This document shows positions 12,062-27,341 of a stretch of DNA of 64,000 nucleotides, one piece after another. The position numbers and the translations under genes are program-made. Location of the stretch: assembly GCA_907165135.1 (NCBI GenBank), contig OU015568.1:15139208-15203207 (forward strand), written 5' to 3'. The notes under the pieces were generated by a model. That model made no database searches. It was not told where the DNA came from and worked only from the letters and a program-made list of their open reading frames with translations. The first letter of the stretch is position 1; each line of letters begins with the position of its first letter. The stretch is from Oikopleura dioica. Its lineage: Eukaryota; Animalia; Chordata.

Positions 12062-13097
12062 TTATTCTGACTCCAACTGTTTGATTTGATGACTGTTAGT
12101 ATGAGGAGATTTGGGGGTTATTGAACAATGCTTACATTTTCTACGAAGACTAGAATGAACAACATTGAAATAACCTGACGCTGAGTGGTCTTTAGGCGGA
12201 GCTGGAGGTCTTCTTTTCGGCCGCGAATAATTGACGTTCTTCGCCAAGTTACTCGGCAGCGATTGGGTTCCGCCGTAGTAAATTGCCGGCGGAGTAGGTT
12301 GCCCAGAAGAACTCGAGTGAGAGCGAGACAATGCTCCTTCTGAACCCTGGTGTAAGAATCGCTCGTCGTCGATGCTTTCGTAAATTGCCGAATCGTCAAG
12401 TCGACTTTTCGGCCTTTCTTTTGGCTTTTTCGGAAAGAGCTTCCAAACTTTATCGAGCGCTTTTTGCATCGACTTCACTTTCGGCTTGTGTAATTCTTCA
12501 AGTTCCGCGTAATTCAAGTCTTCGTAAACATTTTCTTCATATTCCGCGCAGAGCGGTTTCAGAATGCCCGCAGTGCTCAATCGCATCAAAAACTTCATCC
12601 CTTCTGCTTTTTCCGCGAATTTGAATCGAATACTGTCATTCAGCGCCAAATTCGACCAGCGCGTTTTGCTCACGACTTCGAAAATGTCACAATCGTCAAA
12701 ATGAAAGCAGCAGTATTCATTGTTCGAGGACGGCCACAGTTCAAGGTAAAAATTCCCAATTTCCAGCTCGAAGAACTGGTCCCTCGGCGAGAGTTTTAAA
12801 CTCACAAACTCGTCCTCGCCATCCTAAATTGAAAGCTTTAAAGCTCAAGGACTCGACCTTACTTTTTACTATCAAAAAGTTTATGGCGATTTTTTACGAT
12901 TAGTTTCGCGGGAAGATTTGGGTAAAAGTAATGAATAAACTGGATTTATAAGCTCAAAATGACATCTTAACAAAAAGCTCTATTTAATGCTAAAAAATAT
13001 CTGTTTTGGCTTTTGTAAAAAAAAATTAACCGAAACTTACAATAGTGACAAGAGCAGTGAGTGTTTCCAAATCGTTGTAATCGAAGTTTTCGTTCAT
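12062..13097 (-). CDS. Adaptor-like protein: small globular N-domain, Tyr motifs (YEDL, YAEL, YESI) and PxxP
   Basis: 247-aa ORF plus short upstream exon; no clear family. Confidence 0.55.
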
Positions 13098-14551
13098 TTG
13101 CTCTCTAATTCTTCGCGTTGGAGGCTAGGAGGTTCTCTGACACTGAGGCTGCTAAAATTTGATTGAGTCATAAAATTCAGAAGAACAGAATTATACGAAG
13201 ATCAGTTCGTTCTCAAAAACAAATATTGGCGGAAAAGCGAGCGAGCTCGAACCTCGGGCGCTCACAAGCTCATTCATCTCTCTCTCGTCTGCAGATAGTC
13301 ACGAGCTTAGCCTTTTTTGATTATTCACGTACCGACTGGAAACTTTAAGTGAAACATTGCTTAACTCAATTTTTTCAAGTTGGCTTTTTCAAAGAAGTAG
13401 TTAATTTTTAAGAAAAATAAGCGTAAATTAATCAATTAAAAATACATTATCCTCATTAAAATTAATTCTCTGTCTTCCATGATTTCAAAAACGAAAAGTA
13501 TTCGCTTGTTGCCTAGCTACCTTTTTCCGCTCCTCCCTTTTTTGTTTTGGTTTTCTTTCACCAAATACAAATGTTTATGCGTCTCACCTTTTTCGTCCGC
13601 CGCGGCAATCAATATCCCGTTTTTCTCCTTTTGAAAATAGATCAAATGCAAGAAAACGATTCTTGTTAGAAAAAAATAGCAAATTTTCCGTTGATTCTTT
13701 ATCCTCGTAATGAAAGAAAAAGCATTTGAGCCGCGGAAAGTTCATCCCGGGGGAGCGCGCTAATTAATGAATACATTAATTGATTGATTGAAATCGAAAA
13801 TTTAAGAAAGACATTTGTCACAGCCTTCTGTCATCCTCTTTGATTTCGGCTTGCCGAGATGACCCATCTTTCAAATGCTGCTTTAACTGAATCAACCATC
13901 TCATCTCAGGATAAATCAATTCTTTGTATTGGCCACTCAGTTGTTCCAGTTTGTCCAGCAAAAACGTAAATTGACCTTCCGACCAAAACCATCATCGAGA
14001 CCGACCGCGGAATGCTTCTTGTGCGGAATGAGGTCTCTTTGTTGATTTCACCATCATGTCTCGTCACTGCAGCGCAATTTTGCGCAAAAATTAAAAGTAA
14101 TTTCCACATTATGAAAAAAGTCGCACTGTTAGAAAGAGACAGGAAAAGTAAATATTTCTTCTTCAACGTTGTTAATTTAATGTCGATAAATTGATTATGT
14201 AAGTTACAGTAATGCTGCGACTGACTTTTGAACTAACAGAAAATCAACCGAAGCCTTGTCTCTAGAATAAAATTGTTTCCAGGAGCTGAATCGAGACAAT
14301 GTCCAGTTTATCGCTTGAAACATGTGCTGCAATTCTACCGCCTATCGCGACTCTTTCAATTCTGCTCGGATAAAATCTTCAAAAGAAAATCATCGTCCGA
14401 TAAAATTTGTTCGCTTTCAAGTTCCTCCAGAAACGTTAGTGTCTCTAGACTCGAGTTTGTCATTACAGTCGTGTTTACCAGTTAAATCAGTTGTATTTCC
14501 TGCGAAGAGCTCACGAAGAGAGCGAGAAAATCGAGGCGAAAGCTGACGAAA

Positions 14552-15449
14552 ATGTATCCAAGCTCGGCGGCTGAGTATAGCGAGCCATACGAACAAGCGC
14601 CAAAGTCAATTCTCCTGAACTCGTCGGAAAATCAGCCTCAAGACCTGAATCAAGGGCGCAAGAGCATCAGAGTAAGCAAATACGTCACAGATGGAGAAGT
14701 GACGAGGATGAAAGTCAAGTACAAAAAACAACGATCAAATAAGCTTTTAGAGCTCACGAACAAGGTAGATAAGTAAAAAGGGCAGTACAGTTTAAACTTA
14801 TTTCAGGCGCTAGAAGAAGGAGCAAAAGCGGAGAAAAATGCAGTTGAAAATACAGATCGAGCGCGGAAAATTCATGAGAAGCAGGAACAAATTTATGATG
14901 AGTTTGTCAAAGCAGAAACTCGAAGCAAAGAGATCAACAGGGGGATGATGTTCTCGCTCATTTGTGTGGTTAGTGCCCATTTATGATTAAATTAATTTAA
15001 CTATATTTCGAAGCCTCTTCGAAAAATAACCCGTTGCTTCCGGAAAGAAAAGAAGCGCGAGCGGGCATACTACGAAGAAAGCGAAAAAGAAAAGCTTCGT
15101 CGAGAACGGGTTGAAAGAGTCGAAAGAAATCATCAACGTCGCGTCAGTTCTGTCGATCCACCGAGAAAATCCGTCCAGCTTCGACAAGCGCGAGCCGGAG
15201 TAGCCACGGGTTTTTGATATTTCATTTTTCATCATTAAAATTTGATATTTTTCTTGAGTCAATGTCGAAAACCATGAAAAAGCGAATTTGAAGTCTATGG
15301 CACTAAATATCAACTCGGAAACAAAGAAGCAAAATGAACACATTGATGCATCGATGAAGCTTGCGGAAAAAAATAAGAAGCGAATTTCGCGTGTGAATAG
15401 AAATCTCAATGAAAACTTGGAAGGCAAACACGATGGATGGGGATTCTAG
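14552..15449 (+). CDS. SNAP-25/23/29-like Qbc SNARE, 4 exons
   Basis: Two coiled coils; C-terminal LKSMALNINSETKKQNEHIDASMKLAEKNKKRISRVN matches the SNAP-25 Qc motif including the zero-layer Q. Confidence 0.75.
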
Positions 15450-16300
15450 CTCTACTCTGCCACCTGTATCATTTTCAAGCTGTTATTTTAAAACTCAGGC
15501 GTCGACCTCTCTCTCTCTATGCGTTCTTGATCAATCTATCAAATAAGGCATTAACAAAACAAAATTTATTTTCCTTTTCTGCATATTCACATAAAATTTC
15601 CAAAATGACATTTTCGGCATCAATTTCAGAATGTCCAGTTGTACCAGTAGAAAGTGACATTTTTAAAGAATGTGACGGTTTTAGACAGCGCCTATGTTAG
15701 CCAGGCAATTCGCGAATGAAAAATAGACGAAAAGACAGGTCATCTTTGGTTTAATCTAGGTTAACCAAGAGGCCGGGGATATGAAGGAAAAAGTTAAATG
15801 GCTGTAAAACTTAAAGACCCTTATCTTCAAAAACAAACATCAAAGAAATTCCTTGATGGGTTGTTTTGCTCTCACAAAAAACAGACATATAAAAAGAGAG
15901 AAGAGATATTTTGACCCTTATATTAACGGCCTCTTCGTTAACCCTAGGAGACAGAGTTCTTTCGTCTTTTTTAAATTCGCGAATTCCTTGAGTCTTACTT
16001 AGAGGCCATCCCGTGCAGTTGTAAGACGTGCTGCCCAAAACGTCTTCTTGGTCATTTCATGTTAATCCAAATTCTAACTAAACGAAAATTAAAGACACTA
16101 GCTTTCATTTAAATCGGAAAGACTTTTATTTGTCAGCCTCATCGGACAAATTTTTGTCGAATTCTTCTTTTTTTCTCGCAGAGATGTCTTCTTTTGTAGA
16201 AGCACCCTTTTTCAATTATAATCTATAATTCATAGAAACCAAACCAGCGAAAATTTCGGCCTAGAAATACAAGGATAGCTCAAATGACCGCCGGTTTTAA

Positions 16301-16695
16301 GGGGATAGAACTAGGTTTTTCGAAAATAGCCGATTCTAGCCCGGCGCTCAAAGCCAGGAGAACTTAGATTTTCAAATTTTCTCTTCGGCTAAAGATAGAA
16401 CAAACCTAGATCTAACAACATTTTTCTTAAATTTTTTTTTCGTCAACTCATTTTGACGTTAGAGAGCAAAACTTCGACACACCTCTTCGAAAGTCGCAAT
16501 TTTAGCGTATTCGCGTCCTCAAATTTCTCGAGTCACGTGACTAGCCAAATTTTTCAAATCTCATTTTAAGATAGTTTAACCCTTTATCTAGCAACATTTT
16601 TGATGAAATTGCGTTAGCAAAAGTAAAAACAAGTTTTTCTTATTAAAGGGTGCCTCCCGAAAATCACGGTTTTTCGAAAATCTAGTTCTACCTCC
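16301..16695. mobile_element. TTAA-flanked, GG-ended MITE (Kolobok-like)
   Basis: TTAA|GGGGATAGAACTAGGTTTTTCGAAAA ... TTTTCGAAAATCTAGTTCTACCTCC|TTAA. Confidence 0.8.
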
Positions 16696-16926
16696 TTAAG
16701 GTCCGAAATCGGATAAAAAGCGGCAGTATTTCGAGTTTTATACAAAGGTGACGAGATACAGCTATTTGCAAACAATATACGTCGACCGGGTTGTCGGGGA
16801 ACCAGGGGACAAATTTTAATGAAACATAATTGTCTTCGCACTTGAGCGCCTTCTGAGGGCAAGCAATTTCGGCTCCATAAAATCAAGGTTCCAACAAGAA
16901 AAATCAGCAGAATAAACAAACTGAAA

Positions 16927-19570
<2,644 letters not shown>

Positions 19571-19687
19571 AAATCAACAACGAATGAAAGTGATTAATAC
19601 CATTTAAATGTTATTTTCTTCCTGATCCGACGAATGAATCTATAAGCATGCAATAAACTGACCTTATACTTTATGCTTTTTCCTTCA

Positions 19688-19950
19688 AAAATTTGAATTT
19701 TTTAAAAACGCCATATTTTTGGTTTTTAATTCGTTCTCAGGTTAGACTTGCGAAGAAAAACGCGTTGCTTTTGCGGAAAGAGAGAAAACAGAAACGAGAG
19801 CGGGGGTCTTACGGAGAAAGCGATAAAGAAAAGCTTCGTCGAGAGCGGGTAGAAAGAGTCGAAAGAAATCATCAATGATGAAGCTTGCGGAGAAATCTCA
19901 ATGAAAATCTGGAAGGCAAACACGATGGATGGGGATTCTAGCTCTAATCT
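19688..19950 (+). pseudogene. Chimeric fragment: transposon piece fused to an internally deleted copy of the SNARE gene 3' half
   Basis: 19688-19740 resembles 17325-17375; 19770-19950 resembles 15037-15135, 15353-15367 and 15400-15458. Confidence 0.8.
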
Positions 19951-21017
19951 GTAACCTGAATCATCTTTTCACGCTCTCGTTTCTCATACTGATTTTTTCA
20001 AATAAAATGATTTTTATGAAAAATAAACATATTTTCTTTGAACGCCAAACATTTTTGGTTGAACGATTATTGAGCAAGATAATTTTAGTTTTTACTAAAC
20101 ATAGATTTCGCCCAACAAACGTAGCGATGCAAATCAAAAATAGAAGTGACGTGAAGTATTTTTAACATCCGAATTACCGCTTCTTCTCGCTCTGGAATAT
20201 TGAAGCCAAGGTTATGCAATTTGAGAAAGTTTGATTGAACAAGATGCGCTATCGTAGCAGAAGTGACCTTGTCCGAATTTTCAGCTTGACCATGTTTTAT
20301 GATTTTTTCATCAAAAATTATCATCCACGTTGACTTGATATCCTTTATTTTTCTGATTTTTTATATCAAAAACTTAGGCAAAGTTCGATTCAGAGAATCA
20401 ATCGGCGAATTCAAGATCATTGATTCGATTATTTGTCGAAGAAAATGATGACCAGCTGACGCCTATTCTCGACAACTGACGATTTACGGTATAAAGAGCT
20501 CCAGCCAGAGAATAATTGCAAAATGAAAATACAGTGATTTGCAAAAAGATTTAAAATGAAATTCTCAACATGCCTTTCGAAAATGACGTGGTGGGTATCC
20601 TCTTGAAATTTCGAAGTATAAATATTGCTTTCTTTTTTTATATTGTCTTTAAAATAAAAATCTGCTACTTTATCCTATACTTATTAGATGTACCCATCAA
20701 ATGATGTGAGTGACGGACCTTATGGAGCTTACAAAGTGCTAGGGATTGACAATTACTGACTGATCGAAATTCAAAATTATTTTGCCTATCCGTCACTTTC
20801 GAAGAAATTTCGCAAAACCGACTCGATTATTTTTAATTATGTTAGCTTTTTGTGATCCGCTGCGGCATTTCTCACAATTTCGGCTATTTTAATCATTGCT
20901 GTCTTCTATCTGGGTCATTGGTGGCGTTGTTTGGTGCTGCTAAAAGCGCTCCGCCGCGCTAGATTTTCAACGAAGGCACAATTTTTTTTTATTTTTCGAT
21001 AAGGAGAGAAAACGAAG

Positions 21018-24000
21018 ATGAGGACGTTACTTTTCCAAGCGCTGATTTTTGGTAAATTTTTTCAAGAAACAATTTTCTTTATTTTTATTTCCCTTTATAA
21101 CTGCAAATTCAGGCGCATTTGCCGACTACTGGGTGAACTTGCGGCTGTGCTCGGACAAGAATCGGAAAACCGGCGTTCTCCAAGACGCGATTGTTACTGG
21201 CGGTAAACTCTTTCTCATCAACGACGTGGTCAAAGGCGCAGCAACTTGGAAAATGAAAAATATGGGCGCGACAGAGTGTTCTCCAAAATACTGCAAATGG
21301 CAACTCAACGGAAAGTACAACGTCAATTTCAAAGAAATGATGAAGATCGGCCCTTTTCCGGGAAACATCAAAGACGCCTCCTTCATGGCGATCGACTACA
21401 GAAGCATGGACATTCTCTGCGTAGAGGAGTTTACGATCGACGGAGGAAACGGCAAGAAACTCGACATTCTGGAAAACTACATTTCTTGGGCGTGGGATCC
21501 TTCTCAAGGGCGCCAGAACTGGGAATCGAGAACCAATCGCAAACTCGCTTACTGGTCGACCATGTGTTCAGACAAGTCCGTAACTGACGACGAACACGTG
21601 ATCAAATCATCGCCGAATGCAAAGGTCGCTGAACTGGTAAAGACGGGATTTCTTTCACACAAGATCGTCCCGCCAAATGGAAACCCTCTCGTCCTCACCG
21701 CGCCTTTTCACCAGTCTTGCCGGCAACACATCGTGATTCAGACGCGTCTGGTCAACGAGTGTCGCGAAGGAACTCACAATTGCCACGAACACGCAATTTG
21801 TTCGGATACGAAGAACGCATTCAGCTGCAAATGCAAACCTGGCTACGTCGGAAACGGATTCATGGTCAACGCGCTCCTCAGCCAGGAATTGGTCGACGAG
21901 ATCGGCTGCAAGGTAGATAATGTGAGTACTAACACCAACGCTTGGAGAGCAAAACGCTTCGATTTTCCCGGAAAAATGTAGGAAAATCAAGAATACGAAA
22001 ATTCCAAGCTATTTTCGCTGTGCACTACTAACACCGGTGAAACTGAATGAACACTTTTAACAACAAATAATTAACACAATTACACTTGTTTAACACTTTT
22101 ACCAAAAATAGCCCCCTCCACCGACGATTGTCTCCATAAAGTCGCAAAACGATGAGTTTATCATTTCTGGAAGAAACTTTAAAAACTTGGACGGAAGCAG
22201 CGGAGTCGCTCTCATCGATGGAAAACCAATCGACGCTGAGTTCTTCAAGGACCGAGTGATTTTGAGCGAATTGGAAAGATACCTAGACGAAACTGATTTT
22301 TACGGGATAGAAATTGAAACTGAAGGAGGAATTTCCAACAGAAAGACTTTCAAGTTTGTTGCTCCAGAAACGACAACAGAAATTGTCACGACAACAACAA
22401 CAACCACAACTACTACAACGACAACAACTACTACTACATCAACCACGACGACGACGACGACGACAACAACGACTACTACTACAACAACCACGACGACAAC
22501 ATCAACAACTACAACGACAACGACAACTACGACTTCGATTCCCGAAACAACTGAGATGGAATGGACCACCACGTAAGTCCCAATAGAATTTTGACGCTGA
22601 TTTTTAATTCTGAAAATGCAAATAAAATTAAGAACGGCAAGCAAATCTCCTTACCGCCCGCATATTGTCCGCGTGATTAACGCTGAAGAAACTCTCAATA
22701 TTCGAGGTAAGACTTTACTGATAAGCTTTTCCTTACCATCCCTTTATTAAGGAGAGAGATTTGAAAATTCTGATTACACTGAAGGGCGTGTGTTAATAAA
22801 CGGCAAGACGGTTCCAGCAGTCTTCAATGGCAAACGATACGCTGTTAATCACGCTGCTGTTCCTTACGAAGAAGGAGAGCTAGAAATCGTTATCCAAACT
22901 GATTTCGGAAGATCAGATGCCTTCGTTATCGCCAGCGAGGAAGAAACAACGACGACGACCACAACTACAACCACGACAACGTCAACAACGACCCCGACAA
23001 CCACAACCACAAAAAACAAGCGACCATTCATTCAATACGTCGCCGAAGACGAAGAAGATTCGCTGTTCATCGCCGGAGAAAATCTCTCATCATCAACCCG
23101 CGTGTTTATCAACAACAGACTTGTTGAGTCAGACTTTTCTCACGGCGAGGGAGTCGCAACCATCGGTCACTTGCCGACGGGATACTACACGATGCACGTA
23201 GAAACAAAAATGGGGTTTCAAATATGGTCACTTTTCTCCGATCGAAAGAAGAAACCACAACTGATGTTCAAACAACGACTAGGACAACAACACAGACTAC
23301 TGTTTCACCACCGGAAATTTATGGAATCATGTACCTAAGCGATGATATAACACTTATCCGCGCTGGAAACCATCAACTTCCCGAATTCGGATACCTCTTC
23401 GTCGATGACAAAGAAATCTACAATTACTCAGTGGAGGAAACTGGCAACATCAGCCTCGACGTCTCCAACATGGAAAATGGAGAGCATACGGTGCAAATTC
23501 ACACCGTCTATGGCGCCTCGAACAAGAAAATCTTCACAACTTATCATCAGGTTTTTGAAATAATTCATAACAGAAGAAAAAACTGTTTTTAGGAGCCAGA
23601 AATCACCGCGGTTTTCCCGATCGAAGAAGGATTCAGAATCATCGGTCGGTTTTTCGGAAGTCAAAGTGTAGGTGATCACGTGGTCGCCATCGACGGAGAA
23701 AATAAGCAACACAAATTGAGGATCACCTCTTGGAATAACACGATCATCGAGGTCGAATCTGATCCAACTCTTTCCACAGGAACAGTTCATCAAAATCATA
23801 TTTCTTAGATTTTATTCAATTAATCACATTCAATCAATTCATAAAACATCTTTACTGAACTGTAATCAGGCATCTATAATTTCCGAATCAACTTACACAA
23901 CGGGCGTCTTTCCAACGAGTCACCTGTTGGAATCGTTTCTCAGACATTCGAAGAGCCAGTTGAAGAATCTCAAGCATCCAACAAGAAATCAGTCTTTCCC

Positions 24001-24273
24001 GAAATGCTAATGGACTTTGCTGAAATCGAGTATGAATCAGAAGAAGAGGAAGAAGTTGAAGAACAAGAGGAAGATGATAACGAAGGAAACGCTCCCTGCA
24101 ACGATGGAAACGCCTACTGGCCAGTGGCGAAGAAGATCGACAATTTGCGAATTCTGCAGCAATTTGTTGTAGAGAGAAACAACAAGCAACTTACTGAGCG
24201 TTTTACATCTTTTGCCGAAAGAGTAGGCGCAAGACTGGAGAAGGAGCTTCTGAGAAAATTAAAGCACTACTAA
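21018..24273 (+). CDS. Secreted mucin-like protein: N-domain, Ca-binding EGF, five IPT/Ig-like repeats, poly-Thr linkers
   Basis: Signal peptide; NEC..G.HNC..HA.C.DT..AF.C.CK.GY.G.G; repeated I.G.N/F...v.IdG...I.T..G.SN units; A-run frameshift at 23206-23210. Confidence 0.8.
23780..23869 (+). other. GA-AG intron with terminal stem
   Basis: Joins PTLST-G|IYNFRI; GA-ACAGTTCA ... TGAACTGT-AATCAG is a perfect 8-bp stem. Confidence 0.8.
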
Positions 24274-24592
24274 AATATCTTCTGTACATAAAATTATCAC
24301 CTCAGCAACTGATTAACTATAATCAAAAATAATAAATAACTAAAAGCTTCTAAAAGTTAGCATTCAGTATTTCTCTAATAGAAAGTTGCAAACTTTCTAA
24401 AAAATCATTCGGCCGAAATTCTCATTGTAAGTTCAAATTTTGAACAATAATTCCTTGCTGAATTCTCAGATAATTTTTCTTGGGTATTCGCTCTGCCCCA
24501 GGCGGTGGGAGCACCAGTCTGCGGTGCAAGAATATTTTTGATTTGACCTTACTAAAATAAAATTTCCTTTTTCGTAACTAAAGAGACTTGAA

Positions 24593-27036
24593 ATGATAAG
24601 AAATAATCCTTGGAGAAGAATAAGAAGAGCCCCAGAGAATTTATGGAGAAAAATTTTTGATGGAATAACACTATTCGTTCTGCTCGTTATTTTGTATAAT
24701 ATTCCGGGAAACTATAGTTATAACTCGTATGTTTCGATTAATATAGGGAATGGTCAGATGAAATTCAAAGAAGATGATTTTCGAAAAATGTTTTCAGGCC
24801 AAAAATCACTTTTTAACTGTTAGTGCCATCTTCACCGCCGTCTCAAACCGAGTCGAACGGTATATGTATCGCTTGAAAATTCTAGAGTTTCGGGTACTTC
24901 CGGTCAAATTTACGAAATTCTAGTATTCCACTGCCGTTTTTGATACAGAAATGGTACTATGGCATATAGCATGTCAAAATGACCGCTAGGATGTGAGGAG
25001 TGCAGGGGTCTCAAGAAATAAGTACTTTTGCAAAGAAAAGTACCTAAAAATAATTATTTTGTGATTTTTTAGCACTAAAAATATCAATTATTAATTTTTT
25101 CGGGCAGAAAGCAGATGGATAATCAAGTTTTATCTCTTATAAATAAATCTACAAAGAAAACTACATTTAAATCGAAAATTCCGTGAAATTTGATATTTTT
25201 GGTGCTAAAAAATCACAAAATAATTATTTTTAGGTACTTTTCTTTGCAAAAGTACTTATTTCTTGAGACCCCTGCACTCCTCACATCCTAGCGGTCATTT
25301 TGACATGCTATATGCCATAGTACCATTTCTGTATCAAAAACGGCAGTGGAATACTAGAATTTCGTAAATTTGACCGGAAGTACCCGAAACTCTAGAATTT
25401 TCAAGCGATACATATACCGTTCGACTCGGTTTGAGACGGCGGTGAAGATGGCACTAACAGTTAAAAAGTGATTTTTTGGCCTGAAAACATTTTTCGAAAC
25501 TTATCAGAAGTAAAAACGATTTTTATCCATTTCTGACCCTAAAAATAGAAAAATTCGGGCAATTCGGATTTGGAAGTTCTTCAGCAACTCTTCGAGCTCA
25601 CGCTTTCCAGCCGAAGAAAATGAAAACAGCTGGCAAAGTCTTCATCTCAGGCCCTCTCAATCCAAACCATCGATCAATCGGCAACTCGACTAGTTCTGTC
25701 AGCGGAAACAAGTTTTTACTGCCACTTCAATCGGTTGGAATGAAAATTCATCAAGTCGTGGATATGCTGAAAGACTCCATTATTTTGGCCGAGAAGCTGA
25801 ATAGAACTCTTGTTTTGCCTCCGCTTTTGCATGTGACGACGAAGAAGCACTCGAATGATTTTGAAGGTAAGAATTCTCGAAGCAAATTGATTATATTTCA
25901 ATTAAATTTCAGTCAATCAAACAACGATAACAGCTTGGGATTCGTGGCGAACAATCGACACCTCTCTCGTCTCCCAAAAAATCAACATCGTCGGTGTCCA
26001 CCAATTCCGCGACATTTGCGGCAAACAAGATCTCCAAGTGATCATGTCTTGCTCAAAAATGTCCAACGTCAAAACCAACCATTATCGATACCAAGACGTT
26101 TTTCACGAAATCTGGGGCTTCGAGCCATTGAAATTGATGGAGATCAACGGAACCGTGAAAATGCAAGATCCTGCAGCGGTTGTTTCGATTCCAACGACTG
26201 CTGGGGGGCCTGTTCAGTTAGATACTGCAGCAGAGGCGTTTAAATCGGATAGTAAATGCGCGACAGTGATCAATCCTCACGCCTGCTTTTCTTACAGAGC
26301 GATGGAATGGATGAACTTTGCCAAGCATATTAGTTTGCATCCGAGAGTCAGGTCAGTCGTCATTACTCAAGGAGGGGCCCTTTGTCAACAAAACATTTTA
26401 GATCGATCGCTGACGGGTTTCATAAGCGTTCTCTCCACGGAAAACAATTCGCCGTTTTTCGAATGGACGAGTTTGAGTACTGCGCCAAAAATTCCCCTCC
26501 TCTTCCCCTGGCGACGAAATTCATGCGACATGTGATGCTTTGTCCAATATGTCGCCTGAATACGTTTCATTTGCGATAAAATCGTTCCTGGAAGAGCAAG
26601 AAATAGAATTTGTCTACTTGACAGTCCCAGTCGGAGCTGGAGCCGTCAAAGTTGAGAAAATCAGAAGCTTTATTGAAGATAAAGCTCGCGTCTTCAGCGA
26701 CCTCAAGGTACCTCATTTTCTTCCTGTTTCAAATAAGCATATTTTCAGTCCTTCATCACAACATTCAAACCCGGCTTGGTGAACTCAACAGTCGACTTTT
26801 CCCTCGCCGAAATCGACCTTGCTTCTCGCGCTTCAATTTTCGTCGGTTCTGAGCATTCTGAATGGGCAAGAGCGGCTGTTGCTGATCGAAGAGGAAAAGA
26901 TCCAGAGTCGAGAGATTTCTCCTTCTTGGCGATGCTCGTTTCTGGTGTCAAAAGGCCGGTTGAATTGAGAAAAATCAGACCACTGAATCGTGAAACACTC
27001 GAAACTCATGCTGTTGAAAGATCAGAAGAAAAATAG
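24593..27036 (+). CDS. O-fucosyltransferase-like glycosyltransferase (O-FucT/POFUT-type)
   Basis: Type II TM; LAEKLNRTLVLPP motif; C-terminal EIDLASRASIFVGSEHSEW..AVADR. Confidence 0.75.
24779..25499. mobile_element. Foldback element: about 310-bp near-perfect inverted arms around a spacer of about 100 bp, in intron 1
   Basis: Arm-to-arm reverse complement read directly; inner TTAA at 24813 and 25461. Confidence 0.9.
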
Positions 27037-27341
27037 AAGAAAATATTGGAAAATTGATTCCAGAAAATGCTGAAAATTTATAGTCAGATAATATTTTTCT
27101 TAAAATTCTGTAAATATACTTACTGAAAGTAGTTTCTTATACAAACAAAACAAATATATCATTCCACAAGAAAATCCGTATTCAATCAGTTTATAATTAA
27201 TAAAAGGAATTATATAATTATTTTTTCAACTCAAAGCTAAAAAATAGACTTGGCGTCAAAGTTCAGTGGGCGGAAAAGAACACAATTTAATCCACATTTT
27301 GTCATTTTGATCGTAGCACTAAAGGTTGTCTCAGCACTAAA

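Noticed and set aside
16301-16695. piggyBac assignment for the TTAA elements
   Set aside because: Termini are GG...CC rather than CC...GG.
20085-20324. Minus-strand 79-aa ORF
   Set aside because: No recognisable motif and no reliable exon chain.
22300-22644. Poly-Val ORF on the minus strand (also 37091-37306) and poly-Gln/Arg frames
   Set aside because: Shadows of the Thr-rich ACN codon runs on the plus strand.
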